Positions 1 to 9,452 of a stretch of 46,632 bases of DNA are shown piece after piece. The position numbers were made by a program, and so were the translations under genes. Location: the NCBI GenBank assembly GCA_041577335.1, contig JBFGJH010000020.1, positions 1-46,632 of the forward strand, in the 5' to 3' direction. Every line of letters starts with the position of its first letter. The first letter of the stretch is position 1. Under the pieces are notes generated by a model, which ran no database searches, had not been told where the DNA came from, and saw only the letters and a list, made by a program, of their open reading frames with translations. The stretch is from Acidimicrobiia bacterium. Lineage in GTDB: Bacteria > Actinomycetota > Acidimicrobiia > Spongiisociales > JAENVV01.

Positions 1-46
1 CACTAGCCCCTCAAGCTAGCGCGTCTGCCAATTCCGCCACTCCGAC
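1..46 (-). tRNA. tRNA-Leu(GAG), 5' part only; the 3' end runs off the window edge
   Basis: Reverse complement reads GTCGGAGTGGCGGAATTGGCAGACGCGCTAGCTTGAGGGGCTAGTG, with a Leu-type D-arm and anticodon arm CTAGC-TT-GAG-GG-GCTAG. A -10-like TATACT lies upstream at 62-67. Confidence 0.9.
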
Positions 47-88
47 GTGGTAAGGCCGGGGAGTATACCTGACCGAGCTGGCGGGCAA

Positions 89-1912
89 TCAGGGCACGAA
101 CCACGTGGCAGCGTCCACAGTGAGCGGCAAACCGCCATTGGGAGTGTCGACGCCGGCTACAGCATCCGGTGCGTATACGGTTCCGGCCAGCCCTTGATAG
201 AGCGGGATCACGACCATGTCGGCGGCGATCAGCTCGTCGATACGCTGCAGCGCGGCGGCGATGCCGTCGAGGTCCATCGTTCTCCCTACCTCTTCGAGGG
301 CGGCGTTGACCTCGGCAGCCTGTGGGCTATCGGTGGCGACCCATCCATAGAAATTGAACTCGCCGACCGTTTCCGGGTCGCCAAATCGGTCCGACAGATC
401 CCCATACGCGCCCAATGGCCCTGGCGTTGCCTCCCACGCCCAGAGGGCGAGATCGTATTCGCCGGCGATGACGAAGTCTCGAAAGAACAGTCCAGGGTCC
501 TCGAGACCGACATCCACGAACATGCCTCCCGAAGCCAACTCCTGGGTCACGACACCGGCAACGAGACTCCGCTCGAGGCTATTGGTGGTATTGAAGCGCA
601 CCTCGGGTGGGTCGGCGTCGAAGTCGTAACCGAGTTCGGCTTCGATCTCATCCACCGCGGCTGCCACCTGTCCCGAGGAGAGCGGCTGCTCTGGCCACCC
701 ATTGCCCGCCGCTTCGGGCCAGGACGCTCCGACAATCGAGGTGAGCTCCGCGACCGCTCCGATCTCGTCGGCGATACCAGCTCGATCGACAAGCAGGGCC
801 ACGAGATTGCGATAGACCGACGATCCATTCAACGACCGCGGGTTGCGGTCGAATCGGGTCGGCCCGAGCTGAAACGCCAAATGCTCATATTCGTCGCCTC
901 GGGCGGTGGCTACTGCCAGCTCGGGCGCTGTCGGCGGGGGATCGAACTCGTAGGCGGCACCGAGCGGCACCAGGTCCACCGAGCCGAGCGCAAGCGCCGC
1001 CTGAGCATCGGCCGCCGATGGCAACACCCGCACCACGATCTCATCGAGCAGTGGGAGTGGCGCCCCTGTGGCCGGGTCGGTCTTCCAGTACTCGGGGTTG
1101 GCCGTCAACCGAATCTCGGTGCCAACGTCGCTGATCTCAAAAGGCCCGGCTACAGGCCACCGCTCGTTCTCCCAATCGACAAATGCGTCGGTCCCCTGTA
1201 CGCGGTGACTCGGGAGAACGATCTCGAACAAGTCGAGCCAGCGCAGGCTCGGCTCGATGAGATCGAACTGGACGGTCTTGTACCCGACCAGCCAACTCTC
1301 CGGATCGATGAGATCGTAGGGACTCTGCGCCGCCAGCTGGTCGGCCGTCTCCTTCAGGTCATCGCCGGTGACCGGAACTCCGTCACTCCACACAGCCTCT
1401 GGGCGAAGCGTCAGCCGCATGGTCACAGTCCCATCGTCGTTTTCGACGATGCCCCCGTTGGCGATGGTGGGGATCTCAGACAACAGCTCCGGGACCGGAG
1501 CCAACGAGACAGGATCGATGGACAACATGCTGCCCTGAGTCATCGCCGTCAGTGCGTCGGTGATGTCGGAATCAGATGTCAGTGGGTTCAAGTTGGAAGG
1601 AGCGGTCCCCACCAGGCCGAGCCGAACGCTTCCACCGCTCTGACTCGGACCACTGGTGGTGGTCGTGGTCGGGAGCGTCGTTGCGGGAACGGTCGTCTCG
1701 GGAGGAGACGTGGAGGTGGTTGTGGTGGGCGGCGGAGGCGCAACGGTGGTAGGAGCCGTGGTCGATGCCGCGACCACGGGAGATGATGTCGTGGTCGGCG
1801 AACCGGCGTCGGCTCCGCCGACGAAGAACCCAACGGTGACAGCGGAGACGACGAGTGCCGCCGATAGAGGTGCCCATCGTCGGATTCGTTCCCGAGGCGA
1901 GGCTCGGAGCAA
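89..1912 (-). CDS. ABC transporter substrate-binding protein, family 5 (peptide/nickel type), with a Thr/Pro-rich N-terminal linker
   Basis: N-terminal hydrophobic segment followed by a TTTP-rich stretch. SBP_bac_5-like motifs LNPL, PELLSEIP, LRPEAVWSDGVPVTGDDL, GPF, LTANPEYW and C-terminal VIPLY. Start is uncertain (TTG). Confidence 0.8.
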   Translation of the reverse strand: MLRASPRERIRRWAPLSAALVVSAVTVGFFVGGADAGSPTTTSSPVVAASTTAPTTVAPPPPTTTTSTSPPETTVPATTLPTTTTTSGPSQSGGSVRLGLVGTAPSNLNPLTSDSDITDALTAMTQGSMLSIDPVSLAPVPELLSEIPTIANGGIVENDDGTVTMRLTLRPEAVWSDGVPVTGDDLKETADQLAAQSPYDLIDPESWLVGYKTVQFDLIEPSLRWLDLFEIVLPSHRVQGTDAFVDWENERWPVAGPFEISDVGTEIRLTANPEYWKTDPATGAPLPLLDEIVVRVLPSAADAQAALALGSVDLVPLGAAYEFDPPPTAPELAVATARGDEYEHLAFQLGPTRFDRNPRSLNGSSVYRNLVALLVDRAGIADEIGAVAELTSIVGASWPEAAGNGWPEQPLSSGQVAAAVDEIEAELGYDFDADPPEVRFNTTNSLERSLVAGVVTQELASGGMFVDVGLEDPGLFFRDFVIAGEYDLALWAWEATPGPLGAYGDLSDRFGDPETVGEFNFYGWVATDSPQAAEVNAALEEVGRTMDLDGIAAALQRIDELIAADMVVIPLYQGLAGTVYAPDAVAGVDTPNGGLPLTVDAATWFVP

Positions 1913-1915
1913 CGG

Positions 1916-2137
1916 CTATCCGAGGAGCCAGACGAGCATCATGGTCGTGATGGCGAACAGGATCGACACGATCACGGTGTAGCGGTCGAGGTTGCGCTCC
2001 ATGATGGTGGATCCGCCACCGCCCCCTCCCCCGCCGCCGAACAGGTCACTCATTCCGCCTCGGCCGGCGTTGAGCAGCACGAGGCCGACGAGGACGAAAC
2101 AGATGATTGTGTGGATGACAAGGAGGGCAGTCGTCAT
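1916..2137 (-). CDS. secG: Preprotein translocase subunit SecG
   Basis: 73 aa with two TM helices, the VLL..GRGGMSDLFGGG loop and ERNLDRYT. AAGGA SD; canonical position downstream of pgk/tpiA. Confidence 0.95.
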   Translation of the reverse strand: MTTALLVIHTIICFVLVGLVLLNAGRGGMSDLFGGGGGGGGGSTIMERNLDRYTVIVSILFAITTMMLVWLLG

Positions 2138-2165
2138 TGAGGTATTCCTTGGATGCGGTCAGAGA

Positions 2166-2193
2166 AGTATGGCACCACTCCGGGTGGAAGCAA
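2166..2193 (-). promoter_or_regulatory. Putative sigmaA promoter of secG
   Basis: Minus strand reads TTGCTT-N16-CATACT with TG just upstream of the -10. Confidence 0.45.
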
Positions 2194-2311
2194 GTTCTTG
2201 GGAAGGCAGACACCTGCGATCGGCGCACAGGAGCAGTCCGCCTCCCCGTCCCATATTCATCGAGGCGTGCGCCGAGCTTCGAGGTGCGAAGCGGCGGGAG
2301 CAGCTCAGGTC

Positions 2312-3052
2312 TCAGCCCGCTTGCTTGGCCACTGCCTCGGCAGCCGCCGCAACCTCTTCTGCATCTCCCAGGTACCCGCGCTCGACGACGGCGAGGTCGC
2401 CATCGAGGACGTAGCGGAGAGGCGCGCCGGTCGGTATGTTCACGCCCGAGATCTCGGCGTCGGAGATCCCGTCGAGGTGCTTGACCAACGCTCGCAGACT
2501 GTTGCCGTGGGCCGCCACCAGGGCGGTCTTGCCTTGGCGAAGGTCGGGCACGATGTGGTCGTGCCAGTACGGAAGCATACGGTCGACCACGTCGGCCAAG
2601 CACTCGGTGGCCGGGAGGAGATCTGGGGCAAGGTCACGATACCGAGGGTCGTGGCGGGGATGACGCTCGTCCTGTGGATCGAGAGCAGGAGGTGGGGTGT
2701 CAAAAGACCGCCTCCATTCGAAGACCTGTTCGGCGCCGTGCTGCTCGGCAGTCTCCTTCTTGTTGAGACCTTGCAGCGCTCCGTAGTGGCGTTCGTTGAG
2801 GCGCCAGTGCCGCTTCACCGGAATCCACGATTGACCCATCTCGCTCAAGGCGGCATTGGCGGTGGCGATGGCTCGGATCTGCAACGACGTGTGGACCACG
2901 TCGAAGGCAATACCCTCGCCGGCCATGAGGCGTCCCGCTTCGATGGCCTCAGCCGCCCCCTTGTCGGTGAGACCGACATCGGTCCAACCCGTGAATCGAT
3001 TCTCCAGGTTCCAAGTGCTTTGCCCGTGGCGCAGCAATACCAACGTGTACAT
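2312..3052 (-). CDS. gpmA: 2,3-bisphosphoglycerate-dependent phosphoglycerate mutase
   Basis: [30 protein letters not shown] and [10 protein letters not shown] motifs. ATG at 3052 with an AAAGGA SD; the ORF track extends the start too far upstream. Confidence 0.95.
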   Translation of the reverse strand: MYTLVLLRHGQSTWNLENRFTGWTDVGLTDKGAAEAIEAGRLMAGEGIAFDVVHTSLQIRAIATANAALSEMGQSWIPVKRHWRLNERHYGALQGLNKKETAEQHGAEQVFEWRRSFDTPPPALDPQDERHPRHDPRYRDLAPDLLPATECLADVVDRMLPYWHDHIVPDLRQGKTALVAAHGNSLRALVKHLDGISDAEISGVNIPTGAPLRYVLDGDLAVVERGYLGDAEEVAAAAEAVAKQAG

Positions 3053-3063
3053 CGCAGTTCCTT

Positions 3064-3831
3064 TCAGATCCAATACCGAACGATTGCCGCGAACCCGTCG
3101 GGATCGAGAGAGGCACCGCCCACCAGGCCGCCATCGATGTCTCGCTTGGCCATGAGGGCAGCGATATTGCCGGCATTCACACTTCCGCCGTACAGAACCC
3201 TCGTGTGGTCGGCGGCGTCCGACCAACCCGACCGCAACACCGATCTGACGTGCTCGGCCATCGCCCCGGCGTCGTCAGGAGAGGCGGTCTGACCGGTGCC
3301 GATCGCCCATACCGGCTCGTAGGCAACGACCGCAGACGCCACCTGGTCGGGGCTGAGACCCTTCAGAGAGCCTCGCACATGGTCTTCAACCACCTGTTCG
3401 GCCTGTCCAGCCTCACGCTCCTCCAGTGTCTCTCCAACGCACACGATCGGAGTCATGCCGGCGGCGATCACCGCCTTGGCCTTGTTGTTCACAACTTCGT
3501 TGGTTTCGCCGAACTGGGCCCGGCGCTCGGAATGGCCAACGATCACCAGAGAAACGCTCAGCTTTGCCAGCATCGCCGCGCTCACCTCGCCGGTAAAGGC
3601 TCCCGACTCGGCCCAGTGGACGTTCTGTGCGGCCAGTCCGATCAACATGTGATCGGCTTGGATGACCGTTTGGGCAGAGCGCAGGCTCGTAAACGGCGGA
3701 GCGACGGCCACATCCACCCGATCAAAATCCTGTGGATCCAGCCGATAGTGAAGTTTCTGGACCATTTGAATCGCTTCGAGATGGTTGGTGTTCATCTTCC
3801 AATTGCCAACCATGAGGTTCTTTCGTTCCAT
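3064..3831 (-). CDS. tpiA: Triosephosphate isomerase
   Basis: [28 protein letters not shown] and GGASL. The ATG overlaps the pgk stop (TGATG). Confidence 0.96.
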   Translation of the reverse strand: MERKNLMVGNWKMNTNHLEAIQMVQKLHYRLDPQDFDRVDVAVAPPFTSLRSAQTVIQADHMLIGLAAQNVHWAESGAFTGEVSAAMLAKLSVSLVIVGHSERRAQFGETNEVVNNKAKAVIAAGMTPIVCVGETLEEREAGQAEQVVEDHVRGSLKGLSPDQVASAVVAYEPVWAIGTGQTASPDDAGAMAEHVRSVLRSGWSDAADHTRVLYGGSVNAGNIAALMAKRDIDGGLVGGASLDPDGFAAIVRYWI

Positions 3832-5021
3832 CACACCCATTTCGCTAACGCCACCAAGCCCGGCAGCTCTCGTCCTTCGAGTAATTCCAATCCTGCTCCC
3901 CCGCCCGTCGAGACATGCTCGATCTGACCATCGACTTTCAGCATTCGCGCCGCGGCCACCGAATCTCCACCGCCGATCACGGTGTGAGCCTTGGTTGCTC
4001 CCATTGCCGCGGCGATCGTGGCGGTACCGGCCCGAAATGCCTCCCACTCGAAAACACCCATTGGCCCGTTCCAGAACACCGAGCCGGCCCCGGCAACGGT
4101 CTCGGCGAACATTGCGGCGGTCTCAGGGCCGATGTCGAGGCCCATCATGTCGTCAGGGATCGCCTGCCTCGAAACGGTCAAATGGTTGGCATCCTCGGCG
4201 AACCTGTCCGCCACAACGAGATCTCGTGGAAGAAGCACCCGGTCCCCGTACTCAGACCGTAGAACCGCCCGCACCTCGTCGTGCATGCCGTCCTCGTACA
4301 GCGATGTGCCGATCTCATAACCCTCGGCAGCCAGGAGCGTGAAGCACATGCCTCCTCCGATCAGCATCCGATCGACTCTCGGGAGGAGTGATCGAATGAC
4401 GCCGAGCTTGTCGGATACCTTGGCGCCCCCGAGGAGCACGACGAACGGTGGCGCTGGCTCGTCCAGCAGGCTCGACAGCGCCGCCACTTCCCGAATCAGC
4501 AGAGGACCGGCAATCGATTTCACGTGCTCGGCGACTCCCACGTTGGATGCGTGCGCCCGGTGGGCCGTGCCGAATGCGTCGTTGACGAAGAGATCGAACG
4601 GCGCCGCCAGCGCGGCCGCGAGATCAGGATCGTTCTTCTTCTCGCCCGGCTCGAACCTGGTGTTCTCGAGCAGGAGGACATCGCCTGGTGACGCGCCTGC
4701 GACCGCCGCGTCGACAGCGGGGCCAACGACGTCGGCCAACTGCGTGACGGGGAAGCCCGCCAACTCGGTCAATCGGGCGGCCACCGGTGTCATGCTGTAC
4801 GCCGGGTCCACGCCATCGGGCCGTCCGAGATGGCTCGCCAACACCACGACGGCCCCGGCATCACGGAGGCGCATGACCGTGGGGAGGGCGGCCCGAAGAC
4901 GGAATTCGTCGCCAACGGTTCTTTCGGTTCCTTCCCCAGCGAGTGGAACGTTGAGGTCGGCCCGCACCAGGACTCGGGCGCCCCCGACGTCGACATCATC
5001 AAGTGTCAAGTACTCCATCAT
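3831..5021 (-). CDS. pgk: Phosphoglycerate kinase
   Basis: RADLNVP, SHLGRP, LLENTRF, NDAFGTAHRAHAS, GGAKVSDK, WNGPMGVFE and STGGGA. Confidence 0.97.
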   Translation of the reverse strand: MMEYLTLDDVDVGGARVLVRADLNVPLAGEGTERTVGDEFRLRAALPTVMRLRDAGAVVVLASHLGRPDGVDPAYSMTPVAARLTELAGFPVTQLADVVGPAVDAAVAGASPGDVLLLENTRFEPGEKKNDPDLAAALAAPFDLFVNDAFGTAHRAHASNVGVAEHVKSIAGPLLIREVAALSSLLDEPAPPFVVLLGGAKVSDKLGVIRSLLPRVDRMLIGGGMCFTLLAAEGYEIGTSLYEDGMHDEVRAVLRSEYGDRVLLPRDLVVADRFAEDANHLTVSRQAIPDDMMGLDIGPETAAMFAETVAGAGSVFWNGPMGVFEWEAFRAGTATIAAAMGATKAHTVIGGGDSVAAARMLKVDGQIEHVSTGGGAGLELLEGRELPGLVALAKWV

Positions 5022-5983
5022 TCTCCCGCGATACTGCCGAGCACCCGGCCGAGCGCCAGTGGATCGTGCCGCGGCCAGTCGGCGCCCTGTTCAGCGACCT
5101 TTCCTTGGACCACCGACCAACCTGAGAAGTCCTCTGGGCCGATCGAAACCGGCGCCAGCCCATCTGGCACGTCGAGCGGTGCGGTATTTGCCACGATGGT
5201 ACCCGGACGGGTGACCCCACCGAATGCCGCCAGAGCTGCCACGTGGTCCCGCCCCGCAAACCCGAGTGTCTCTGCCTGCTGTGTGACGAGGTTGAGCACG
5301 AGCACCAGCGAACCTCGAGCCTGATTGATGGCCCGGGCGATTCCGGGGACCAGCATCACGGCCACCAGCGACGTGAACAGGCTTCCGCACGAAAGCACGA
5401 TCTGGTCAGCGTCGCGAATCGCATGCACTGCCGACGGATTCGCGACCAGGTGATCGGGCTCAATCTTGATCTCCGATATCTCGCCTGGTGTTCTGGCCAT
5501 GGCCACCTGGCCGGACACCTCGACGCCGCCGATGACTCCCCGCAATCGAGCCGGCTCGAGAGCAGCCGGATAGACCGACCCTCGGCAATGAAGCAGGTCT
5601 TCGATGATGCGAAGCGCCGAGGACAGATCACCGGTTATGTCGGCGAGTGCAGCAATCATCAGATTCCCGAGCGAATGCCCGGCAACATCGGACCGATCAA
5701 AGCGATGGGCAAACAACTCGGACCACATTGTGGGCTCCGGGGCCAGCGCCAGGAGACACTTCCGGAGATCGCCGGGGGGAGGGATGTTCATGCCGGCCGT
5801 GAGTCGGCCGGAGGAGCCCCCGTCGTCGGCAACCGTCACGACCGCCGACATTTGACCGGCATAGGTCTGCACGGCTTCGAGCGTCGTGGCCAAGCCTGCC
5901 CCGCCGCCGATCGCAGTCACGTTGGGCCCAGACTGATGGGTGCCGAGAAGGGCAGTCTCAGCACTGGGAAGCGGCGTGCTCAT
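5018..5983 (-). CDS. yvcK: YvcK/GlmR (CuvA) family UDP-GlcNAc-binding gluconeogenesis factor
   Basis: IGGGAGL, VTVADDGGSSGRL, PPGDLRKCL, GHSLGNL, GSLFTS and RHDP; directly downstream of rapZ. Confidence 0.92.
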   Translation of the reverse strand: MSTPLPSAETALLGTHQSGPNVTAIGGGAGLATTLEAVQTYAGQMSAVVTVADDGGSSGRLTAGMNIPPPGDLRKCLLALAPEPTMWSELFAHRFDRSDVAGHSLGNLMIAALADITGDLSSALRIIEDLLHCRGSVYPAALEPARLRGVIGGVEVSGQVAMARTPGEISEIKIEPDHLVANPSAVHAIRDADQIVLSCGSLFTSLVAVMLVPGIARAINQARGSLVLVLNLVTQQAETLGFAGRDHVAALAAFGGVTRPGTIVANTAPLDVPDGLAPVSIGPEDFSGWSVVQGKVAEQGADWPRHDPLALGRVLGSIAGE

Positions 5984-6837
5984 CGCTCTCTATCCCGGTG
6001 GCCGAGCGAGGTGGAGATACCCTGCTCCTGAGCCCACTCGGAAAGAGCGCGCGCGAACGCCACCGAGCGGTGCCGTCCACCGGTACATCCAATGGCAACA
6101 CTCAAGTACGACTTTCCCTCCGCCTCGTAGCGAGGCAGCAGGAAGGACAACAGGTCGGTGAGCTTTCCGAAGAACGTCTTGGCGTCTTCGGAATCGAAGA
6201 CGTAGTCGAACACTTCGGAGTCCTCGCCGGAAAGTGGGCGGAGATCCGGCACCCAATGTGGATTCGGGAGAAACCGAACATCGAAGACGAGGTCGGCGTC
6301 GCGGGGTGCTCCGTGCTTGAAACCGAAGGACCGAAACGAGACGAGCATTGACTTGCGGACATCGAACTGCTCGAACTCACGCTCAACACGCTCGCGCAGG
6401 TCGTGTACGTTGAACTCGCTGGTATCGATGACGATCTGCGCCATCGCCCGGATTTCGGTGAGCGTGTACCGTTCCCGGGCGATCGACGTTTCGAGGTCGG
6501 CGGCAGGCACCGGGTGGGGGCGGCGTACCTCTCCAAACCTCCGGGACAGCACCTCGTCGGTGGCGTCGAGAAAGATCACGGCCGTCTGCAGGCCGACGCG
6601 CTCGAGCCGCGCCACTTGCTCCCGTAGGTCCACCGCTCGGATCTCAGCGCGGATGTCCGCAACAACCGCCAGGTTGTCTCTCCCATCGGTGAAGTCACGA
6701 TGCTTGGCAACTTCGGAAATCAGGTCCAGCGGCAAGTTGTCGATCACCGAATAGCCGAGATCTTCGAGCACTCGGGCGACGGTGGACTTGCCGGCACCAG
6801 ACATACCGGTGACGATGACGACGTTCGGTTCGTGCAA
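5980..6837 (-). CDS. rapZ: RNase adapter RapZ (YvcJ) family P-loop protein
   Basis: TGMSGAGKS, DNLP, RRPHP, SFGFKHG, DVRFLPNPHW and IGCTGGRHRSV. Start is TTG 6837 with a GGAG SD; ATG 6870 is an alternative. Confidence 0.95.
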   Translation of the reverse strand: MHEPNVVIVTGMSGAGKSTVARVLEDLGYSVIDNLPLDLISEVAKHRDFTDGRDNLAVVADIRAEIRAVDLREQVARLERVGLQTAVIFLDATDEVLSRRFGEVRRPHPVPAADLETSIARERYTLTEIRAMAQIVIDTSEFNVHDLRERVEREFEQFDVRKSMLVSFRSFGFKHGAPRDADLVFDVRFLPNPHWVPDLRPLSGEDSEVFDYVFDSEDAKTFFGKLTDLLSFLLPRYEAEGKSYLSVAIGCTGGRHRSVAFARALSEWAQEQGISTSLGHRDRER

Positions 6838-6927
6838 CGTTGGGCTCCAGGAGGTCGACGGCCCCGCCATGCTAGGCGCCAGAGGCGCTGCCTCGATGGG
6901 TCTCGGCGTCCCCCACGTAACGGACAG

Positions 6928-8751
6928 CTATGACCGCAAAGCCTCGTACACGTCGGAGGCTACGCCGTCCGGGACGACGTCTGCGATATCGTCGAGCGAC
7001 GCATCGCGAAGCCGCTTCAGGCTGCCGAATCGCCGCAACAACAATCGCTTTCTCGTTGGACCGACACCGGGCACATCGTCGAGTATCGAGTCGATCATGC
7101 TCTTGCCGCGCAGCTGACGGTGATAGGTGATTGCGAAGCGATGAGCCTCATCACGCACTCGCTGCAGCAGATACAGCGCCGGCTCGTCGCGGGGGATCCG
7201 AACCGTTTCCACGGCGTCCGGCAGATACACCTCTTCCATTCGCTTGGCGAGACCCGCAACGGGAATATCGAGGCCGAGATCCTCGAGCACACGGACGGCG
7301 CGCCCCAGTTGCCCGGCCCCACCATCGATCAGGAGCAGCGACGGCGGATAGCTGAACCGGCCGCGCTGCTCCACGGGAAGCTCGCGCTCTCTCAGGTAGG
7401 CGCCGAATCTGCGCCGCAACACTTCTTCCATCGAGGCAAAGTCGTCTTGACCCTTTACCCACTTGACCCGGAATCGCCGGTAGTCGGATCGGCGCGGCAA
7501 ACCGTCTTCGAGCACGACCATCGATCCCACCGTATGGCGGCCCTGAATCGTGGAGATGTCGAAACACTCGATCCGGAGAGGAGGAATTGGCAGATGGAGT
7601 GCCGACTGAAGCGACCGGAGGGCTTGCGCCCGGGCGTTTGGATCAGACTGCCGCCGGAGCCGGTGTCGGCCCAGAGCTTCCTTGGCGTTGACGTGGGCGG
7701 TCTCCAACAGCCGTCTCTTGGCGCCTCGCTGAGGAACTCGCAGTTCGACATTGGCGCCGCGGCGTTTTTCCAGCCACGCCTCCCAAACGGAGGCGTCGTC
7801 GGGGAACTCGTCCACCACGACGAGTCGGGGGGGAACCTGGGCTCCATACCGCTCGCGGAGCATCTGGCCAATCAACTCGGTGGTGGACACCTCCTCCACC
7901 TTGTCGACGATGCTCGTGAAGCGTCCCGTCAACCGCCCCTTGCGCACGGTGAGGATTGCGACGGCGCCGTCCAGTTCGCCATCCTCGACAGCAACGACAT
8001 CGAAGTCCTCCGAACGCTCGCTCACCACCTCCTGACGAGCCATCGCCTTCTCCAGGTCTCGGATTCGATCGCGATAGCGCCCGGCTTGTTCGTACTCCTG
8101 TACCTTCGCCGCGCCGACCATCTGACTCCTCAGCTCGTCGCGAATCGAGTCGGAGTCGCCGTCGAGGAACCGTGCCAGGCCATCGACGTGTTCGGCATAC
8201 GTAGCCGGATCTACTGCGGAGATGCACGGAGCGGAGCATTTCTCGATGTCGTAGAGCAAACAAGGCCGACCCCTGGCTTCATGATCTCGGTACTTGCTAT
8301 CTGAGCACGTACGGACGGGAAACGTCTTCAGCACCAGGTCGAGCGTGTTGCGGATCGCATAGGCATGGGCATACGGCCCGAAGTATTGATCGCCCTTCCG
8401 TTTCCGGCCTCGTCGTACCCGGGCGGCCGGCCATTCATCGCGGCGAGTGATGGTGAGGAACGGGTACGACTTGTCGTCCCGCAGCCGAATATTGAAACGG
8501 GGCTTGTGTTTCTGGATCAACGAATACTCGAGCATCAACGCTTCCACTTCGTTGTCCGTCACGATGAAGTCGACGCTCTCGGCCGCTGTCACCATGGTCC
8601 GTGTCCGGGCGGCCAAGTCCTTGTTGAAATAGCTCAGGACGCGTTTGCGGAGCGACTTGGCTTTGCCGACATACAGGACCTGACCGTGGGGATCACGAAA
8701 CAGGTAGGCGCCGGGCGCGTCCGGAATCTCGGCAGTCTTGGGACGGTCCAT
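6928..8751 (-). CDS. uvrC: Excinuclease ABC subunit C
   Basis: GIY-YIG domain (PGAYLF..LYVGKAKSLRKRV..YF), DDKSYP, RIECFDIS, IDGG, RDEAHRFA and a C-terminal HhH. Confidence 0.97.
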   Translation of the reverse strand: MDRPKTAEIPDAPGAYLFRDPHGQVLYVGKAKSLRKRVLSYFNKDLAARTRTMVTAAESVDFIVTDNEVEALMLEYSLIQKHKPRFNIRLRDDKSYPFLTITRRDEWPAARVRRGRKRKGDQYFGPYAHAYAIRNTLDLVLKTFPVRTCSDSKYRDHEARGRPCLLYDIEKCSAPCISAVDPATYAEHVDGLARFLDGDSDSIRDELRSQMVGAAKVQEYEQAGRYRDRIRDLEKAMARQEVVSERSEDFDVVAVEDGELDGAVAILTVRKGRLTGRFTSIVDKVEEVSTTELIGQMLRERYGAQVPPRLVVVDEFPDDASVWEAWLEKRRGANVELRVPQRGAKRRLLETAHVNAKEALGRHRLRRQSDPNARAQALRSLQSALHLPIPPLRIECFDISTIQGRHTVGSMVVLEDGLPRRSDYRRFRVKWVKGQDDFASMEEVLRRRFGAYLRERELPVEQRGRFSYPPSLLLIDGGAGQLGRAVRVLEDLGLDIPVAGLAKRMEEVYLPDAVETVRIPRDEPALYLLQRVRDEAHRFAITYHRQLRGKSMIDSILDDVPGVGPTRKRLLLRRFGSLKRLRDASLDDIADVVPDGVASDVYEALRS

Positions 8752-8753
8752 TG

Positions 8754-9452
8754 TCAGGCGAGTGTACCGATCATCGCTGGATCCGAACCGCGGCGCCAAC
8801 GGAGCCCCAGCAGCCGAGGGGGGCCGGTGGTGTCGTCCGACCATCCCATCTCGATTGCTTCTTCCAGATCCCAACCGGCCCCGGCTGCAGCCGTCAGGAC
8901 GTCGCTTATCGACCGATGGAAGAATGTGACCACTTCGGCCCCGGCCGGCTCAGTTGTGTATCCGGGCTCCAGATAGCTGCCCCATCGCCAAAACTCCTCG
9001 CCGTCGCGAGGATCGACCACGGCAGCTGCCCCTGGAGCGGTCAGGGCTGGATGGTTGAGAACTGCGCTGAGGATGCCGCCGGGCCGCACGACCCGGCGGA
9101 TGGCTGCCAGGGAAGGGGCAACGGGATCGAGGTGCTCGAGGACGAGCACAAGCAGCGCTCCATCGAAAACCTCGGGGCGGATACACCGGAGGTCGGGCAT
9201 GCGGGCCCGGAACACCGGCGCACCCGCCGCGGCGGCCGCCGCCAATATCGGGTTGGGCTCGAGCCCGACGATGGTTCGCCCATCGCGGGCCAGATATCGG
9301 ATCACCTGACCTTCCCCGCATCCGAGCTCCAGAATCAGCCCATTGTCTGGACAAAGCGCTTCGGTGAGCGGCAGCACTGACTGGCGGTAGGCAGGATCGG
9401 AGGCGACCTCTCCGACCCACCACTCGGCGAGCGATTCCCATTCGGAGGTCAC
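8754..9452 (-). CDS. Class I SAM-dependent methyltransferase
   Basis: Motif [10 protein letters not shown], then [12 protein letters not shown] and VVRPGG. The GTG overlaps the terminal TGA of the uvrA frame. Confidence 0.8.
   Translation of the reverse strand: MTSEWESLAEWWVGEVASDPAYRQSVLPLTEALCPDNGLILELGCGEGQVIRYLARDGRTIVGLEPNPILAAAAAAGAPVFRARMPDLRCIRPEVFDGALLVLVLEHLDPVAPSLAAIRRVVRPGGILSAVLNHPALTAPGAAAVVDPRDGEEFWRWGSYLEPGYTTEPAGAEVVTFFHRSISDVLTAAAGAGWDLEEAIEMGWSDDTTGPPRLLGLRWRRGSDPAMIGTLA

Noticed and set aside
2010..2040. Poly-Gly GGN run in secG as a contingency repeat
   Set aside because: The codons are mixed, and a Gly-rich loop is normal for SecG.
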